Shown: in pieces, positions 1-9,504 of the stretch
How positions within the stretch are numbered: the stretch's first letter is position 1
Layout: each line of letters opens with the position of its first letter
Assembly (NCBI GenBank): GCA_023231365.1
Contig: JALNVO010000001.1
Span: forward strand, 1-38,237
DNA: 38,237 bases
DNA from: Fibrobacteraceae bacterium
GTDB lineage: Bacteria > Fibrobacterota > Fibrobacteria > Fibrobacterales > Fibrobacteraceae
Direction: 5' to 3'
Program-made: the position numbers and the translations under genes
Notes under the pieces: model-generated
Seen by the model: the letters and a program-made list of their open reading frames with translations, nothing else
Told to the model about the DNA's origin: nothing
The model's database searches: none

Positions 1-29
1 CTTCACCAAAGCAATTTTTAAAGGTACCC

Positions 30-1337
30 TTATTTAGCGCTTTTGACGTAGGCCTTGATTGCATCGCGAATTTTGGTAAACACTAGACGGAGTTCGTCTT
101 CGTCTTCTTCAAGGAGGGTGATGCGGAAGCCGTTGAGTTCGCTGCAGAAGCTGCTGCTGGGTACAACGCAAACGCCGGTCGCTCCCAAGAGATAATACAC
201 AAACCGGTAATCTAGGCTCGGGACATTTTTCACCCAACTTTCAACGAGACTCTTGATCTTGGGGTCTTCTATAGGAAGTGTCTTGCGATCGTTCAGCACG
301 CCTTTCTTGAAGACTATCGTATTGTAGAAAGCTCCGTAAGTCGGATTAAAATAGAGTTCCGGTACATCGGAAAGGATTTCGTTGATGAGAGAACTGCGGC
401 GTCCGATCTTTTCATTGAGCGTCTGGCGGTGCTCGGTATAACGCGGATCTCCTAAAACTTCTGGAATTGTGAGTTGAGGAATTGTGGTAGAGCAGACTTC
501 TATCATCTTTGCATTGTCAATGGCGCGGCAGAACGCGTTGAATTCCGGATCTTTGTCCCGGTTGTAGTATTCCGCCCAGCCGCAGCGCGCACCCGGCCAT
601 GGGTATTGCTTGGAAATGCCGTTGAGTGAAATGCCCGGAACGTCGCCTATGTATTCTGCAAGCGAATAGGCGTGCGCACCATTGTACACAATCTTGTTGT
701 AGATTTCGTCGCAGATGATGCAGAGGTTGTATGTCTTGGCGAGTTCCACCATTTTTTGCAGATAATCCAGAGGGTAGATCATACCCGTGGGGTTGTCCGG
801 GTTGATGATGAGGATTCCCGCAACGCTCGGATTGTATTTGACTTTGTTCTCGAGTTCTTCGAGATCCGGGAGCCAGTGGTTTTCCGGGCGCAAATGATAG
901 GTAAGGGGTGACGCGTGCGCGTGGGCCGCTTCTGCGGAACTATGCGTACTGTAAGCGGGCGAGGGCCCGATAATCCGGGTTGTCATGGAGAGAAGCCCAT
1001 AGATGGTTGCTATGGCATCTCCAAGTCCGTTGAAGAATAAAATATCTTCAGCGGTAATTTGTACTCCGCCGAGCTTGTTCGTTTCGTTTGCGAGAAATTC
1101 CCTAGTCTCTAAAATGCCTTTGGACGGGCAATAGCCGTAGCTTGGATTCTTTTGGACTATTTTGCCCACGATATCCTTGATCCATTGTGGAAGCTGGCAT
1201 TTCTTTTCGATCGGATCGCCGATGTTTTCCCAGTGAATTTTGAGACCAAGTGCTTTTAGCTGGTTGGCCTTTTTTACGATCTCGCGAATTTCGTACGAGA
1301 GTTCTTTGGCGCCTTCAGTTAAAAGTTTCTTTCTCAT
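30..1337 (-). CDS. PLP-dependent aminotransferase class I/II (AlaA/YfbQ-like)
   Basis: 435 aa; ENIGDP, INPDNPTG, DEIY and GISKQYPWPGARCGW (Schiff-base Lys); GGAG SD upstream. Confidence 0.88.
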   Translation of the reverse strand: MRKKLLTEGAKELSYEIREIVKKANQLKALGLKIHWENIGDPIEKKCQLPQWIKDIVGKIVQKNPSYGYCPSKGILETREFLANETNKLGGVQITAEDILFFNGLGDAIATIYGLLSMTTRIIGPSPAYSTHSSAEAAHAHASPLTYHLRPENHWLPDLEELENKVKYNPSVAGILIINPDNPTGMIYPLDYLQKMVELAKTYNLCIICDEIYNKIVYNGAHAYSLAEYIGDVPGISLNGISKQYPWPGARCGWAEYYNRDKDPEFNAFCRAIDNAKMIEVCSTTIPQLTIPEVLGDPRYTEHRQTLNEKIGRRSSLINEILSDVPELYFNPTYGAFYNTIVFKKGVLNDRKTLPIEDPKIKSLVESWVKNVPSLDYRFVYYLLGATGVCVVPSSSFCSELNGFRITLLEEDEDELRLVFTKIRDAIKAYVKSAK

Positions 1338-1456
1338 TTTGGTCTCCTATGAAAGGATGAGAGTTAGCAAACTGCGTCCAAATGTAGAAAAAGCTGATTG
1401 CCGGGGTTTTTTAAATCCACTGTTTTTGCGCATTTTTTCTTTTATATATTGGGGTT

Positions 1457-1873
1457 ATGTTGAAACATCTCGATTGTCTTTTTGTCCGCTATCCGCTGTT
1501 CCGCTATATTCCGGCACTTTTGCTTCTCGCCTGCATCTTTAGGACTTCTGCGATTCCGGGGACTGGGATGACTTGGCTTGTTCCGCCTTATGACAAATTG
1601 GTGCATGCTGGTGTCTATGCCTGTCTTGGCGTCTTCTTCTGTTTTTGGTTCAAGAATCCCCGTTGGAATGCGAAGCCTTTTCTGTATGCGTTTATTGCGG
1701 TGATATTGTGTGTTGTGTCCGGTGTGCTGGATGAATTTCACCAATCCTTTACGCCGGGGCGTTCCGTTTCTCTTGGCGATGTCGGTGCTGATTTTGTCGG
1801 CGGGCTTATCGGCTCTGTTTTTTATCTGATAATTCAACCTTGGAAGCGCTTTAGAATTTTCCGAGAAAAATAA
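1457..1873 (+). CDS. VanZ family membrane protein
   Basis: Hydrophobic 138 aa with DKLVHAGVY and DEFHQSFTPGRSVSLGDVGAD, the VanZ-like signature. Confidence 0.85.
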   Translation: MLKHLDCLFVRYPLFRYIPALLLLACIFRTSAIPGTGMTWLVPPYDKLVHAGVYACLGVFFCFWFKNPRWNAKPFLYAFIAVILCVVSGVLDEFHQSFTPGRSVSLGDVGADFVGGLIGSVFYLIIQPWKRFRIFREK

Positions 1874-2729
1874 CTTCGCGTTCGAGTTGAATTCCGCTCA
1901 GGGTTTTGACGCGGTCGCGTATCAGTTGCGATAGATCGTAGATGTTTTGTGCGGTTGCGCATCCTGTATTTACAATAAAGTTGGCGTGCTTTGGGGAAAC
2001 TTGAGCTCCGCCGATGGCAAATCCTTTTAATCCAGCCTGTTCTATGAGTGCGCCGGGAAATCCTCTGACCGGGCGCTTGAACATGGATCCCGCGCTGGGA
2101 AGTTCCAGAGGCTGTTTCGCCTTGCGCTCCGCTAAAACTTCGGCTTGTGCATCCAGAAGCTCTTTTGAATTGGCGGCTTCTAGGCGGAACGAGGCTTCAA
2201 GTATTATACTCTTGGTATTTTGGAATGCAGAATGGCGGTAGTCAAATCCGCATTCTTCTTTAGAATAATTTTGAATGGTTCCGTTTTCTTCCTGCACTTT
2301 GACTTCGGTGAGCGTCTGGGCAATTTCTTCTCCGTAAGCTCCGGCGTTCATTGCCACGGCTCCGCCCACGCTGCCTGGGATTCCCGCGAGGAGATGTATT
2401 CCTGAAAAACCCATTGTAGCGCTCATCCGGGCGAGAATGGAGAGGGGTGTCGCAGCTCCGGCGGTAAGCGTTTCTTTGTCGAACTTAAAATGCGAAAATT
2501 TCTTTCCGAGCTTGATTATCAGGCCTTCATAGCCCGCATCCGAGACGACCACATTGGAACCGAGCCCAAGAATAAAATACGGAAGCGAGGCTTCTTTGGC
2601 GAATTCCTTGAACTCTGTCAGCTCTTCTGCCGATTCCACTTTGGCGAAGTATTTTGCAGAACCTCCTGCGCGGAAAGAAGTATATTGTTTCATATCGGCA
2701 TTTTCTTGTATATTTTGCGGGATCTGCAT
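1851..2729 (-). CDS. murB: UDP-N-acetylenolpyruvoylglucosamine reductase
   Basis: GLGSNVVVSD, GIPGSVGGAVAMNAGAYG, FDYRHS, PSAGSMFKRP, KHANFIVN. Confidence 0.96.
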   Translation of the reverse strand: MQIPQNIQENADMKQYTSFRAGGSAKYFAKVESAEELTEFKEFAKEASLPYFILGLGSNVVVSDAGYEGLIIKLGKKFSHFKFDKETLTAGAATPLSILARMSATMGFSGIHLLAGIPGSVGGAVAMNAGAYGEEIAQTLTEVKVQEENGTIQNYSKEECGFDYRHSAFQNTKSIILEASFRLEAANSKELLDAQAEVLAERKAKQPLELPSAGSMFKRPVRGFPGALIEQAGLKGFAIGGAQVSPKHANFIVNTGCATAQNIYDLSQLIRDRVKTLSGIQLEREVIFLGKF

Positions 2730-2750
2730 AGTTTCTCTAAAAGTAGTAAG

Positions 2751-3827
2751 ATGGCAAAGGATCGCGAAGAAATAGAGGCATTCAAATCCTCTTTATCCAT
2801 TACTCAGGTTGCAGGACACTTGGGATATAAAGTAGTGCACGGTAAAATTCGCTGCCCGTATTTTATGCGCCATGCGCACGGAGACCGCACTCCGTCCGTA
2901 TCCCTTTCGGAATCCAAAGGCCTTTTTAATTGCTGGGTTTGTCCCGATGTGCACGGTGACGTGATTCATCTGGTGGAAATATCCAAAAATTGTTCTTTTC
3001 TGGAAGCGATTGAATGGCTTCAAAATGAATTTGCATTGTCTTTCCGGATCGAGCCCTCCAAGATTCCGCGGGAACGGCCTCTGTCCCCAGCATTTACCGA
3101 TGCCAGGAAGGCTAAGCCCGCACCGGAAGTCGATCCTGTTTTGAAGGCGAGAGTGGTCCTTTCTTTTTTTGAAATGCTTTCTGTCATTGAAGATACTCCT
3201 GCTGCCAAATGGCTTGTCAAACGCCGCATTTTCAAGAAAACATGGCAGATGATGCGGCTCCGCACGATTGTTGATTATGACAAAGTAAATAGAGGGCTTC
3301 TTGAAAAGTTCGGCAAGGAAACTCTTCAGTTGGTAGGGCTTTTTAACGAAAACGGAAATCTCAAGTATTACAAGCATCCGCTGCTTTTTCCCTATCTCGA
3401 CACTAAAGTCGTTCCCCGTTATTTCCAAGCCCGGGCGATAGATTCTTCCATCGTTCCCAAGGAGCTCAATCTCAAGGGAGTAGTTCCTTTTCCTTATAAT
3501 GTTTCTGTATTGGATGGAAATCCGGGGTGGGTGTATCTCTGCGAAGGCGTGGTCGATACGCTTACTCTCCTTGACCGCGGTTTTTGTGCTGTTGGAATTC
3601 CGGGGGTCAAGTCCTTTAAACCGGAATGGGCGAGTCTTTTCAGAAATAAGCGGGTTATTCTTTGTTTGGATCAGGATGAAGCCGGCAGGTCCGGTACGGA
3701 ACTTGTGCAAGAATATTTGAAAAATTTAGGGATAGAAGCGGTCCCGCTCGGTTCGGGGATTACGGCGGAGAGCTTTAAGATGGCTGAAGGGCAGGACATT
3801 AATGAATGGTTCGGGGGCAAAAAGTAG
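2751..3827 (+). CDS. DNA primase-like protein (CHC2 zinc finger + Toprim), no C-terminal DnaB-binding domain
   Basis: CPYFMRHAHGDRTPS...FNCWVC zinc finger; CEGVVDTLTL, GIPGV, LDQDEAG, DINEW Toprim motifs. Start placed at ATG 2751 because the longer ORF overlaps murB. Confidence 0.8.
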   Translation: MAKDREEIEAFKSSLSITQVAGHLGYKVVHGKIRCPYFMRHAHGDRTPSVSLSESKGLFNCWVCPDVHGDVIHLVEISKNCSFLEAIEWLQNEFALSFRIEPSKIPRERPLSPAFTDARKAKPAPEVDPVLKARVVLSFFEMLSVIEDTPAAKWLVKRRIFKKTWQMMRLRTIVDYDKVNRGLLEKFGKETLQLVGLFNENGNLKYYKHPLLFPYLDTKVVPRYFQARAIDSSIVPKELNLKGVVPFPYNVSVLDGNPGWVYLCEGVVDTLTLLDRGFCAVGIPGVKSFKPEWASLFRNKRVILCLDQDEAGRSGTELVQEYLKNLGIEAVPLGSGITAESFKMAEGQDINEWFGGKK

Positions 3828-3849
3828 CAGCCTTTTCTATATTCTGCGC

Positions 3850-4800
3850 GTGAAAATACCAAACATCAAACAATCTGCTTTGAATTATTGGTCTTCCCTC
3901 CCTCCCAAAACGCAAAAAACGCTGGGTATCCTTTTTTTCATCTTCAAATGGACTTATTGGGTGCTTAATCGAATCGTTCGCTTAGTTCTTCTCGCCCTTA
4001 TGCTCTATGCGATCGCATTTACTTTAGTCGCATCATACGGACTCTATAAAGTATTTACTTACGGCTACAACATTTATGAGAATGTTGAGGAACTCAAATA
4101 TTCCAACCCGCCGATGAGCCGTTATATGCAGGCTTTGGTGGATTCTAATCCAGGAATCAAGCTTCGGCAGAAGTTCGTCCCGCTCGATAGCATCAGCCCG
4201 TATTTGAAGAAGGCCGTCATTGCGAGCGAAGACGCCGGTTTCTATTTCCATCCGGGTTTTGACGTCCGCGCCATTGCGGAAGCCTTGGATGCGAATCAGA
4301 TGCATGGCAAGACCAAGTTCGGCGGTAGCACCATTACGCAGCAATTGGCCAAGAATATGTTCCTTTCGAGTGAACGTTCCTGGGAGCGCAAATTCAAGGA
4401 GCTCGCATACGCTTTGCTGATGGAAAAGGAACTCGGCAAAGACCGCATCTTGGAACTTTATTTGAATTACGCTCAATGGGGAACTGATATCTTCGGCTGT
4501 GAAATGGCGAGCGAAGTTTATTTTCACAAAAGTGCGTACAAACTTAATCTGGACCAGTCCATCAACATGGCTGCGGTCATCGCAAGTCCGGGCAAGCATA
4601 CTCCGCAGATGAAGAACAGCCATTTTATGATGAGCCGCCGTTCGGTCATTTATCAGAATATGTTCCCCAAACGCGATAGTTTGATGGTGGATAGCCTAAG
4701 GGTGTTGAACTCGCCTCCTCCGCCTCCAGCTCCAGATTCCATTCCAGACCAGCAGCTTCCCGCATCCCCGGTCCCGGAAGAGAACCCGGACAATGAATAG
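3850..4800 (+). CDS. mtgA: Monofunctional peptidoglycan transglycosylase (GT51)
   Basis: SEDAGFYFHPGFD, GGSTITQQLAKNMF, RKFKE, KDRILELYLN; N-terminal TM segment; Pro-rich tail; GTG start at 3850 inferred. Confidence 0.88.
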   Translation: MKIPNIKQSALNYWSSLPPKTQKTLGILFFIFKWTYWVLNRIVRLVLLALMLYAIAFTLVASYGLYKVFTYGYNIYENVEELKYSNPPMSRYMQALVDSNPGIKLRQKFVPLDSISPYLKKAVIASEDAGFYFHPGFDVRAIAEALDANQMHGKTKFGGSTITQQLAKNMFLSSERSWERKFKELAYALLMEKELGKDRILELYLNYAQWGTDIFGCEMASEVYFHKSAYKLNLDQSINMAAVIASPGKHTPQMKNSHFMMSRRSVIYQNMFPKRDSLMVDSLRVLNSPPPPPAPDSIPDQQLPASPVPEENPDNE

Positions 4801-4824
4801 TTCAATAAAAATTTTTTAGTATAA

Positions 4825-6273
4825 ATGAAGGATCAGAATATGCGTGACGAATATGAAAACCCGCTCAACACCAGATACGCCTCTAAAGAGATGAGATTTC
4901 TCTTTAGCCCGCAATACAAGTTTCAGACTTGGCGGAAACTTTGGATTATTCTCGCCCAGAGCGAAATGGAACTCGGGCTTCCGATCACGCAGGAACAGGT
5001 CGATGAATTGAAGAGCCATGAAAAGGACATCAATTTTGATGTTGCCGAAGCGGAAGAAAAACGGCGCCGTCACGATGTCATGAGCCATGTCTATGCCTAC
5101 GGAGTGCAGTGCCCTAAGGCCAAAGGTATCATTCATCTCGGAGCGACTAGCGCCTTTGTGGGTGACAATACTGACTTGATTCAGATGCAGCAGGGACTTG
5201 TCTATGTGCGCCGCCGCTTGATGAGGGTTATAGACAAACTCTCTGAATTTGCTCTTAAGTACAAGGAAATGCCTCAGCTCGGCGCAACGCATTTCCAAGC
5301 AGCCCAGCTCACGACAGTCGGCAAACGCGCTTGCCTTTGGATCCAAGACCTTTTGATCGATCTCGAAGAAATTGAATTCTTGATTGAAGTACTCCCGTTC
5401 CGGGGTGTTAAAGGTACCACAGGGACACAAGCTTCATTTATGGATCTCTTCAATGGGGACGAAGAGAAAATCTGCGAACTCGACCGCCGCGTCACGGAGC
5501 GCGCAGGTTTCAAGCGCTGCCTTTCAATTACCGGGCAGACTTATACCCGCAAATGGGATAACCGCGTAAGCCAGGTGCTTTCGGGCATTTCCCAGAGCCT
5601 CCACAAATTTGCGACTGATATGCGTTTGATGCAGGGTAACAAGGAAGTGGAAGAACCCTTTGAAAGCACGCAGATTGGCTCCAGTGCGATGGCATACAAG
5701 CGAAACCCGATGCGCAGCGAACGCATTTGCTCTTTAGCCCGCTTTGTGATGTCGCTTGAAACGAGCACTGCTATTACTCAATCCGTGCAATGGTTTGAAC
5801 GCACTCTTGACGACAGTGCAAACAAGCGCCTTGCTATTCCTCAGGCGTTCCTCGCCGTTGATTCGATGCTCATCATTGCTGAAAATATCTCCACGGGACT
5901 TGTCGTATATCCGAAGGTCATTGAAAAGCGCATCCGGGCCGAACTCCCGTTCATGGCTACTGAAAACATTATTATGGAAGGCGTCAAGAAGGGCGGTGAC
6001 CGCCAGGAACTTCATGAGGAAATCCGCCAGATGAGTATGGAAGCGGGCAAGGTTGTGAAGGTCGAAGGCAGGGACAACGATCTACTCGACCGCATTCTCA
6101 AAAACCCCAAGTTTTCTATGACTAGGGAAGATCTGGAAAAGATCCTTGACTTGAAGAAGTTCGTTGGCCGCGCTCCGTCGCAGGTCTCGCTCTTTATTGA
6201 AAATGAAGTGCGCCCCGAACTTAACAAGTACAATGATTGGAAGAGCGTAGACGCTGGCGAGCTCAAAGTCTAA
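4825..6273 (+). CDS. purB: Adenylosuccinate lyase
   Basis: RHDVMSH, HLGATS, THFQAAQ, GSSAMAYKRNPMRSE signature; start may be 4840. Confidence 0.96.
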   Translation: MKDQNMRDEYENPLNTRYASKEMRFLFSPQYKFQTWRKLWIILAQSEMELGLPITQEQVDELKSHEKDINFDVAEAEEKRRRHDVMSHVYAYGVQCPKAKGIIHLGATSAFVGDNTDLIQMQQGLVYVRRRLMRVIDKLSEFALKYKEMPQLGATHFQAAQLTTVGKRACLWIQDLLIDLEEIEFLIEVLPFRGVKGTTGTQASFMDLFNGDEEKICELDRRVTERAGFKRCLSITGQTYTRKWDNRVSQVLSGISQSLHKFATDMRLMQGNKEVEEPFESTQIGSSAMAYKRNPMRSERICSLARFVMSLETSTAITQSVQWFERTLDDSANKRLAIPQAFLAVDSMLIIAENISTGLVVYPKVIEKRIRAELPFMATENIIMEGVKKGGDRQELHEEIRQMSMEAGKVVKVEGRDNDLLDRILKNPKFSMTREDLEKILDLKKFVGRAPSQVSLFIENEVRPELNKYNDWKSVDAGELKV

Positions 6274-6300
6274 TCGTTAAGAGCCTTTATTAATAAGAGA

Positions 6301-6336
6301 CCCTCTAAGTTAACCCTTAGAGGGCTTTTTGTTTTT
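6301..6336 (+). terminator. Intrinsic terminator between convergent purB and xerD
   Basis: CCCTCTAAG-ttaacc-CTTAGAGGG followed by CTTTTTGTTTTT; overlaps the xerD stop. Confidence 0.7.
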
Positions 6337-7218
6337 CTGTTCTCTTGGATGAAAAGTCCTGTGCTCTTCTTGTATCATCTGATTGTTGATGTGCGTATAA
6401 ATTTGTGTAGTTGTCACGTTTGCATGGCCAAGTAATTCTTGCAGCACCCTCAAATCCATACCGGCTTCGAGACAGTGCGTGGCAAAAGAATGCCTGAAGG
6501 TATGAGGCGTTACATGTCTTGCGAGGTGAGCCGTATAAGTTTGGATCAGTTTCCAAGCTCCCATGCGGCTCATCTTTTTCCCTCGGGTATTGAGGATGAC
6601 GGTATCTGTTTTGGGCAAAAGTTCAAGTCGCGGTCCGTTCATCCACGCTTTAATATTTGCCTTGGCTTTCGTTCCTAGAGGCACTAGTCGTTGTTTGTTC
6701 CCTTTGCCAATGGGAGTTATCCATTCATTTTCAAAATCAATGTCCGAAATGCGGAGTGAGAGCGCTTCCGCAATCCGCAACCCTTCGGAATAAAGGAGTT
6801 CGATTAATGCGGTATCGCGTTCCTTGTGCTTGGAAATTTCATTTATACGCTCAAAAATGGAATCAATCTCTTCTCTCGTTAAACACTGTGGCAGATAATG
6901 GCCGATGCGCGGCGTTGCGAGAAGGGAGTCCGTGGAATAGGGGAACGCCTTTTCGCGGAGAAGGTATTTAAGGAATCCGCGCAGGCTTGAGAAATGCCTT
7001 GCGACGGAAGTGGGGCTGTATTCCGCATAGCTCGCTACATTCGTGAGAAATTCGTCCAGCTCTTGCGGAGTGAGATCGTTGATTTTGGATCCTCGGTCAT
7101 CGGCCCAGTATACGAAATGGCGCAGATCTTCTTCGTAGCTCTGTATGGTTGCGGGGGAGAGATTGCGCTCCACGCCCAAAAAAGACAGATATGAATCCAG
7201 CCATTCGCCATTTTCCAT
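6310..7218 (-). CDS. xerD: Site-specific tyrosine recombinase, XerD-like
   Basis: [13 protein letters not shown]-terminus; catalytic [31 protein letters not shown]; HPR C-terminal motif. Confidence 0.85.
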   Translation of the reverse strand: MENGEWLDSYLSFLGVERNLSPATIQSYEEDLRHFVYWADDRGSKINDLTPQELDEFLTNVASYAEYSPTSVARHFSSLRGFLKYLLREKAFPYSTDSLLATPRIGHYLPQCLTREEIDSIFERINEISKHKERDTALIELLYSEGLRIAEALSLRISDIDFENEWITPIGKGNKQRLVPLGTKAKANIKAWMNGPRLELLPKTDTVILNTRGKKMSRMGAWKLIQTYTAHLARHVTPHTFRHSFATHCLEAGMDLRVLQELLGHANVTTTQIYTHINNQMIQEEHRTFHPREQKNKKPSKG

Positions 7219-7262
7219 GCAGAAAAGCTAAAAAAAAGTGCAAAAAAATGCGAGCAATCCCC

Positions 7263-7291
7263 TTGCAAAGAAGGTGCTCTTTTTTTATAAT
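7263..7291 (+). promoter_or_regulatory. sigma70-type promoter of tRNA-Lys
   Basis: TTGCAA (7263-68), 17-bp spacer, TATAAT (7286-91). Confidence 0.75.
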
Positions 7292-7312
7292 TGGGTTTGT
7301 CGAAAGTCGTAT

Positions 7313-7385
<73 letters not shown>

Positions 7386-7389
7386 CTAG

Positions 7390-7422
7390 AAGCCCCGGTG
7401 TCAAATGACACGGGGGTTTTTT
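7390..7422 (+). terminator. Intrinsic terminator after tRNA-Lys
   Basis: AAGCCCCGGTGTCA-AA-TGACACGGGGG followed by TTTTTT. Confidence 0.8.
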
Positions 7423-7693
7423 GTGCCGAATCCGGTGAAATTAGGGCTGTTTTGGTGCGATGCGTCTTACTTGGAATTTTGTTCTTTATGTTCTATAGGT
7501 ATGCTTGGAGTATAGTAAGCCGGGAATGGTGATGAGGAAACATAGATGCCACCCCTTTTAGGGATGGTTGTTTAGGAGGTAAATTTATAGGCATCTCATT
7601 AAATCCTTGTTTGCCCGCATTTTTCACACATAGACAAGTCAAATTCCTATCGGCATTGCATATTCAATCCATAAATATCAGAGGTGAGTAGGT

Positions 7694-8746
7694 ATGTTTT
7701 TTGGTACAAAAAAAGAGAATCTAGGCTGGTTTATAGGTTTTTCCCCGTGGTGTCTGATTCTGATTATGGTGCTCCTCTTAGAGGGGTGCATCAGTGATGA
7801 GTCTTCTGGAACGGGTGCTGAAAATGGCTCGTTTTCTTCGTCGGTGTGGTTGTCCTCATCAAGTCTTCCTTCATCCAGTTCATCGGCGAGCCTTTCTTCT
7901 TCGGCAAATGCATTAAGCTCATCGGTACAGATGTCTTCGTCAATAGAGGATGTTTTCTCATCATCGTCATCGAATATCGTATTTGATAGTTTACCATTTG
8001 ATACTGCGATAGCTTCTCTTGGCTATTACTTTTATAGACCAGTTGATTCTCTTGATGGCTACAATGAGGGCTTTAATGTCGAAAAAAATCTTTATTATGT
8101 ATACCCTGATGGGATGTGTTATGTGGTGAAATCGGAAGATGGATATTCCCATGGAACGTATCTTAGCACATATCAAGGATCTTTTGAATATCTTATAATG
8201 AATGGAGACTCGCTTTATTTAGGTTCCCAAGAAAGTTGTACCGGCAATATGTGGGGGGATTGTTCTGTGGAATGGACCTATTATGATGCTTTTTATCGTA
8301 AGCTTGTGCTAAAAAGTCAGACTGCAGAAGTTTTCTATTTCGCCGAATATCCAAACTATAGAAGTCTATTGCAGATTGATTCTACACATATCCGAGAATG
8401 GGTGCAGTATATAAATTCTTGCTGGGCCGATGCTTATGTAAACGCATCGTCACTTGCCAAAAAAATCAATTGTGATTCATTATATATAGAAAAGTATAAT
8501 TTGATTATAACTAGTTCAGCTTGGATTTTTGAGAATGAAACATGCCGTTCCGGTTTTTCCACTAAGCCGAGATCGTTTCTTTCGGAAGAATTATGTGATG
8601 CGTATGTAGATGATTTAAACAACATTTCTGATTGCAAAAAGAGAAATTTAAATGCATCGGAGATTCCTATGTTGTGTAGTGGTTTTAATGATGCTGGATG
8701 GTGTATAAATTATTCAGATTCGACATTCATTGAATTTATGTATTAG
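7694..8746 (+). CDS. Putative lipoprotein with poly-Ser linker and Cys-rich C-terminal domain
   Basis: GAGGTG SD; hydrophobic signal ending in LEG-C lipobox; Ser-rich linker; 10 Cys downstream; AT-rich. Confidence 0.75.
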   Translation: MFFGTKKENLGWFIGFSPWCLILIMVLLLEGCISDESSGTGAENGSFSSSVWLSSSSLPSSSSSASLSSSANALSSSVQMSSSIEDVFSSSSSNIVFDSLPFDTAIASLGYYFYRPVDSLDGYNEGFNVEKNLYYVYPDGMCYVVKSEDGYSHGTYLSTYQGSFEYLIMNGDSLYLGSQESCTGNMWGDCSVEWTYYDAFYRKLVLKSQTAEVFYFAEYPNYRSLLQIDSTHIREWVQYINSCWADAYVNASSLAKKINCDSLYIEKYNLIITSSAWIFENETCRSGFSTKPRSFLSEELCDAYVDDLNNISDCKKRNLNASEIPMLCSGFNDAGWCINYSDSTFIEFMY

Positions 8747-8897
8747 TGTAATCCCCCCCAAAAAATTAACAGAGTCTTAAGTAGGAAAAAGAGTACGTTT
8801 TGACTTCCTCAAAAAAGAGCGGGGATTAGAACTCCTCTTTGCGCCGGGGTGGAGACTAGGCTGTTTTGGATCTTGCTTTTTTCTTCATCTAATTATA

Positions 8898-8938
8898 TAT
8901 TTATCGTAATACGATAAATAATTATCGTATTATAATAA
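8898..8938. promoter_or_regulatory. Tandem palindromic operator upstream of DUF2975/XRE operon
   Basis: Perfect TATTTATCGTA-A-TACGATAAATA (8898-8920) plus degenerate TTATCGTA-T-TATAATAA (8922-38). Confidence 0.65.
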
Positions 8939-8955
8939 AATAGGAGAAATAAAAT

Positions 8956-9498
8956 ATGAAACCTTTAGCACGTGGAAAGGTACAGTTGCTTTGCTTCTGG
9001 ATGCGCCGTCTGTTCCTTTTCTGGATGATCTTTGAGCCTGTGATGGTTCTTGCGATATGGGCCGCGCTTCCCTGGGTTCCGGAGATGATCCTGAATTCCT
9101 TCCTTGGCGAAGCTGCGGTGAGCCAGACTACGCCTCTTGTACGGATTTTCGGCATGGCGGCGAGTCTTCCCGGCATTCTCCTTCATGTCCTCCTCTTTTT
9201 TGAACTCGCAAAACTCCTTTCCCTCTGGGAACGCGGAAAATTCTTTGAAGAGGAAGACATCCGGTGCTTCTCGAGACTCGGAGTGTATTATCTGTGGGGG
9301 GCTGTGATCGGAGTGCTCCAGCGCGCCCTCTATTCCGTGGCCCTTACCATCAGCAATCCTCCGGGAATGCGGCAGCTCTCAGTAGGCCTCAGCTCCGATG
9401 ATTTGGGATCCGTGGCTGCTGGATTTTTCCTCTGGCTCCTCGCCTATGTCCTGCAACAGGCATATCTTCTGAAGAAGGAGGCGGACCTTACGGTCTGA
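8956..9498 (+). CDS. DUF2975 family membrane protein
   Basis: Multiple TM segments; GKFFEEEDIRCF; C-terminal 'A.LLKKEADLTV' typical of DUF2975; AGGAG SD; paired with an XRE gene. Confidence 0.8.
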   Translation: MKPLARGKVQLLCFWMRRLFLFWMIFEPVMVLAIWAALPWVPEMILNSFLGEAAVSQTTPLVRIFGMAASLPGILLHVLLFFELAKLLSLWERGKFFEEEDIRCFSRLGVYYLWGAVIGVLQRALYSVALTISNPPGMRQLSVGLSSDDLGSVAAGFFLWLLAYVLQQAYLLKKEADLTV

Positions 9499-9504
9499 AA
9501 GGCT

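Noticed and set aside
1457-1873. vanZ as a glycopeptide-resistance determinant
   Set aside because: VanZ-like proteins are widespread and no van cluster genes are present
2490-2750. 87-aa N-terminal extension of the primase-like ORF
   Set aside because: Antisense overlap with murB; domain content begins after ATG 2751
2793-3710. Long antisense ORFs (e.g. 305 aa here, 262 aa at 17366, 228 aa at 14660)
   Set aside because: Shadow frames of well-supported genes with no motifs of their own
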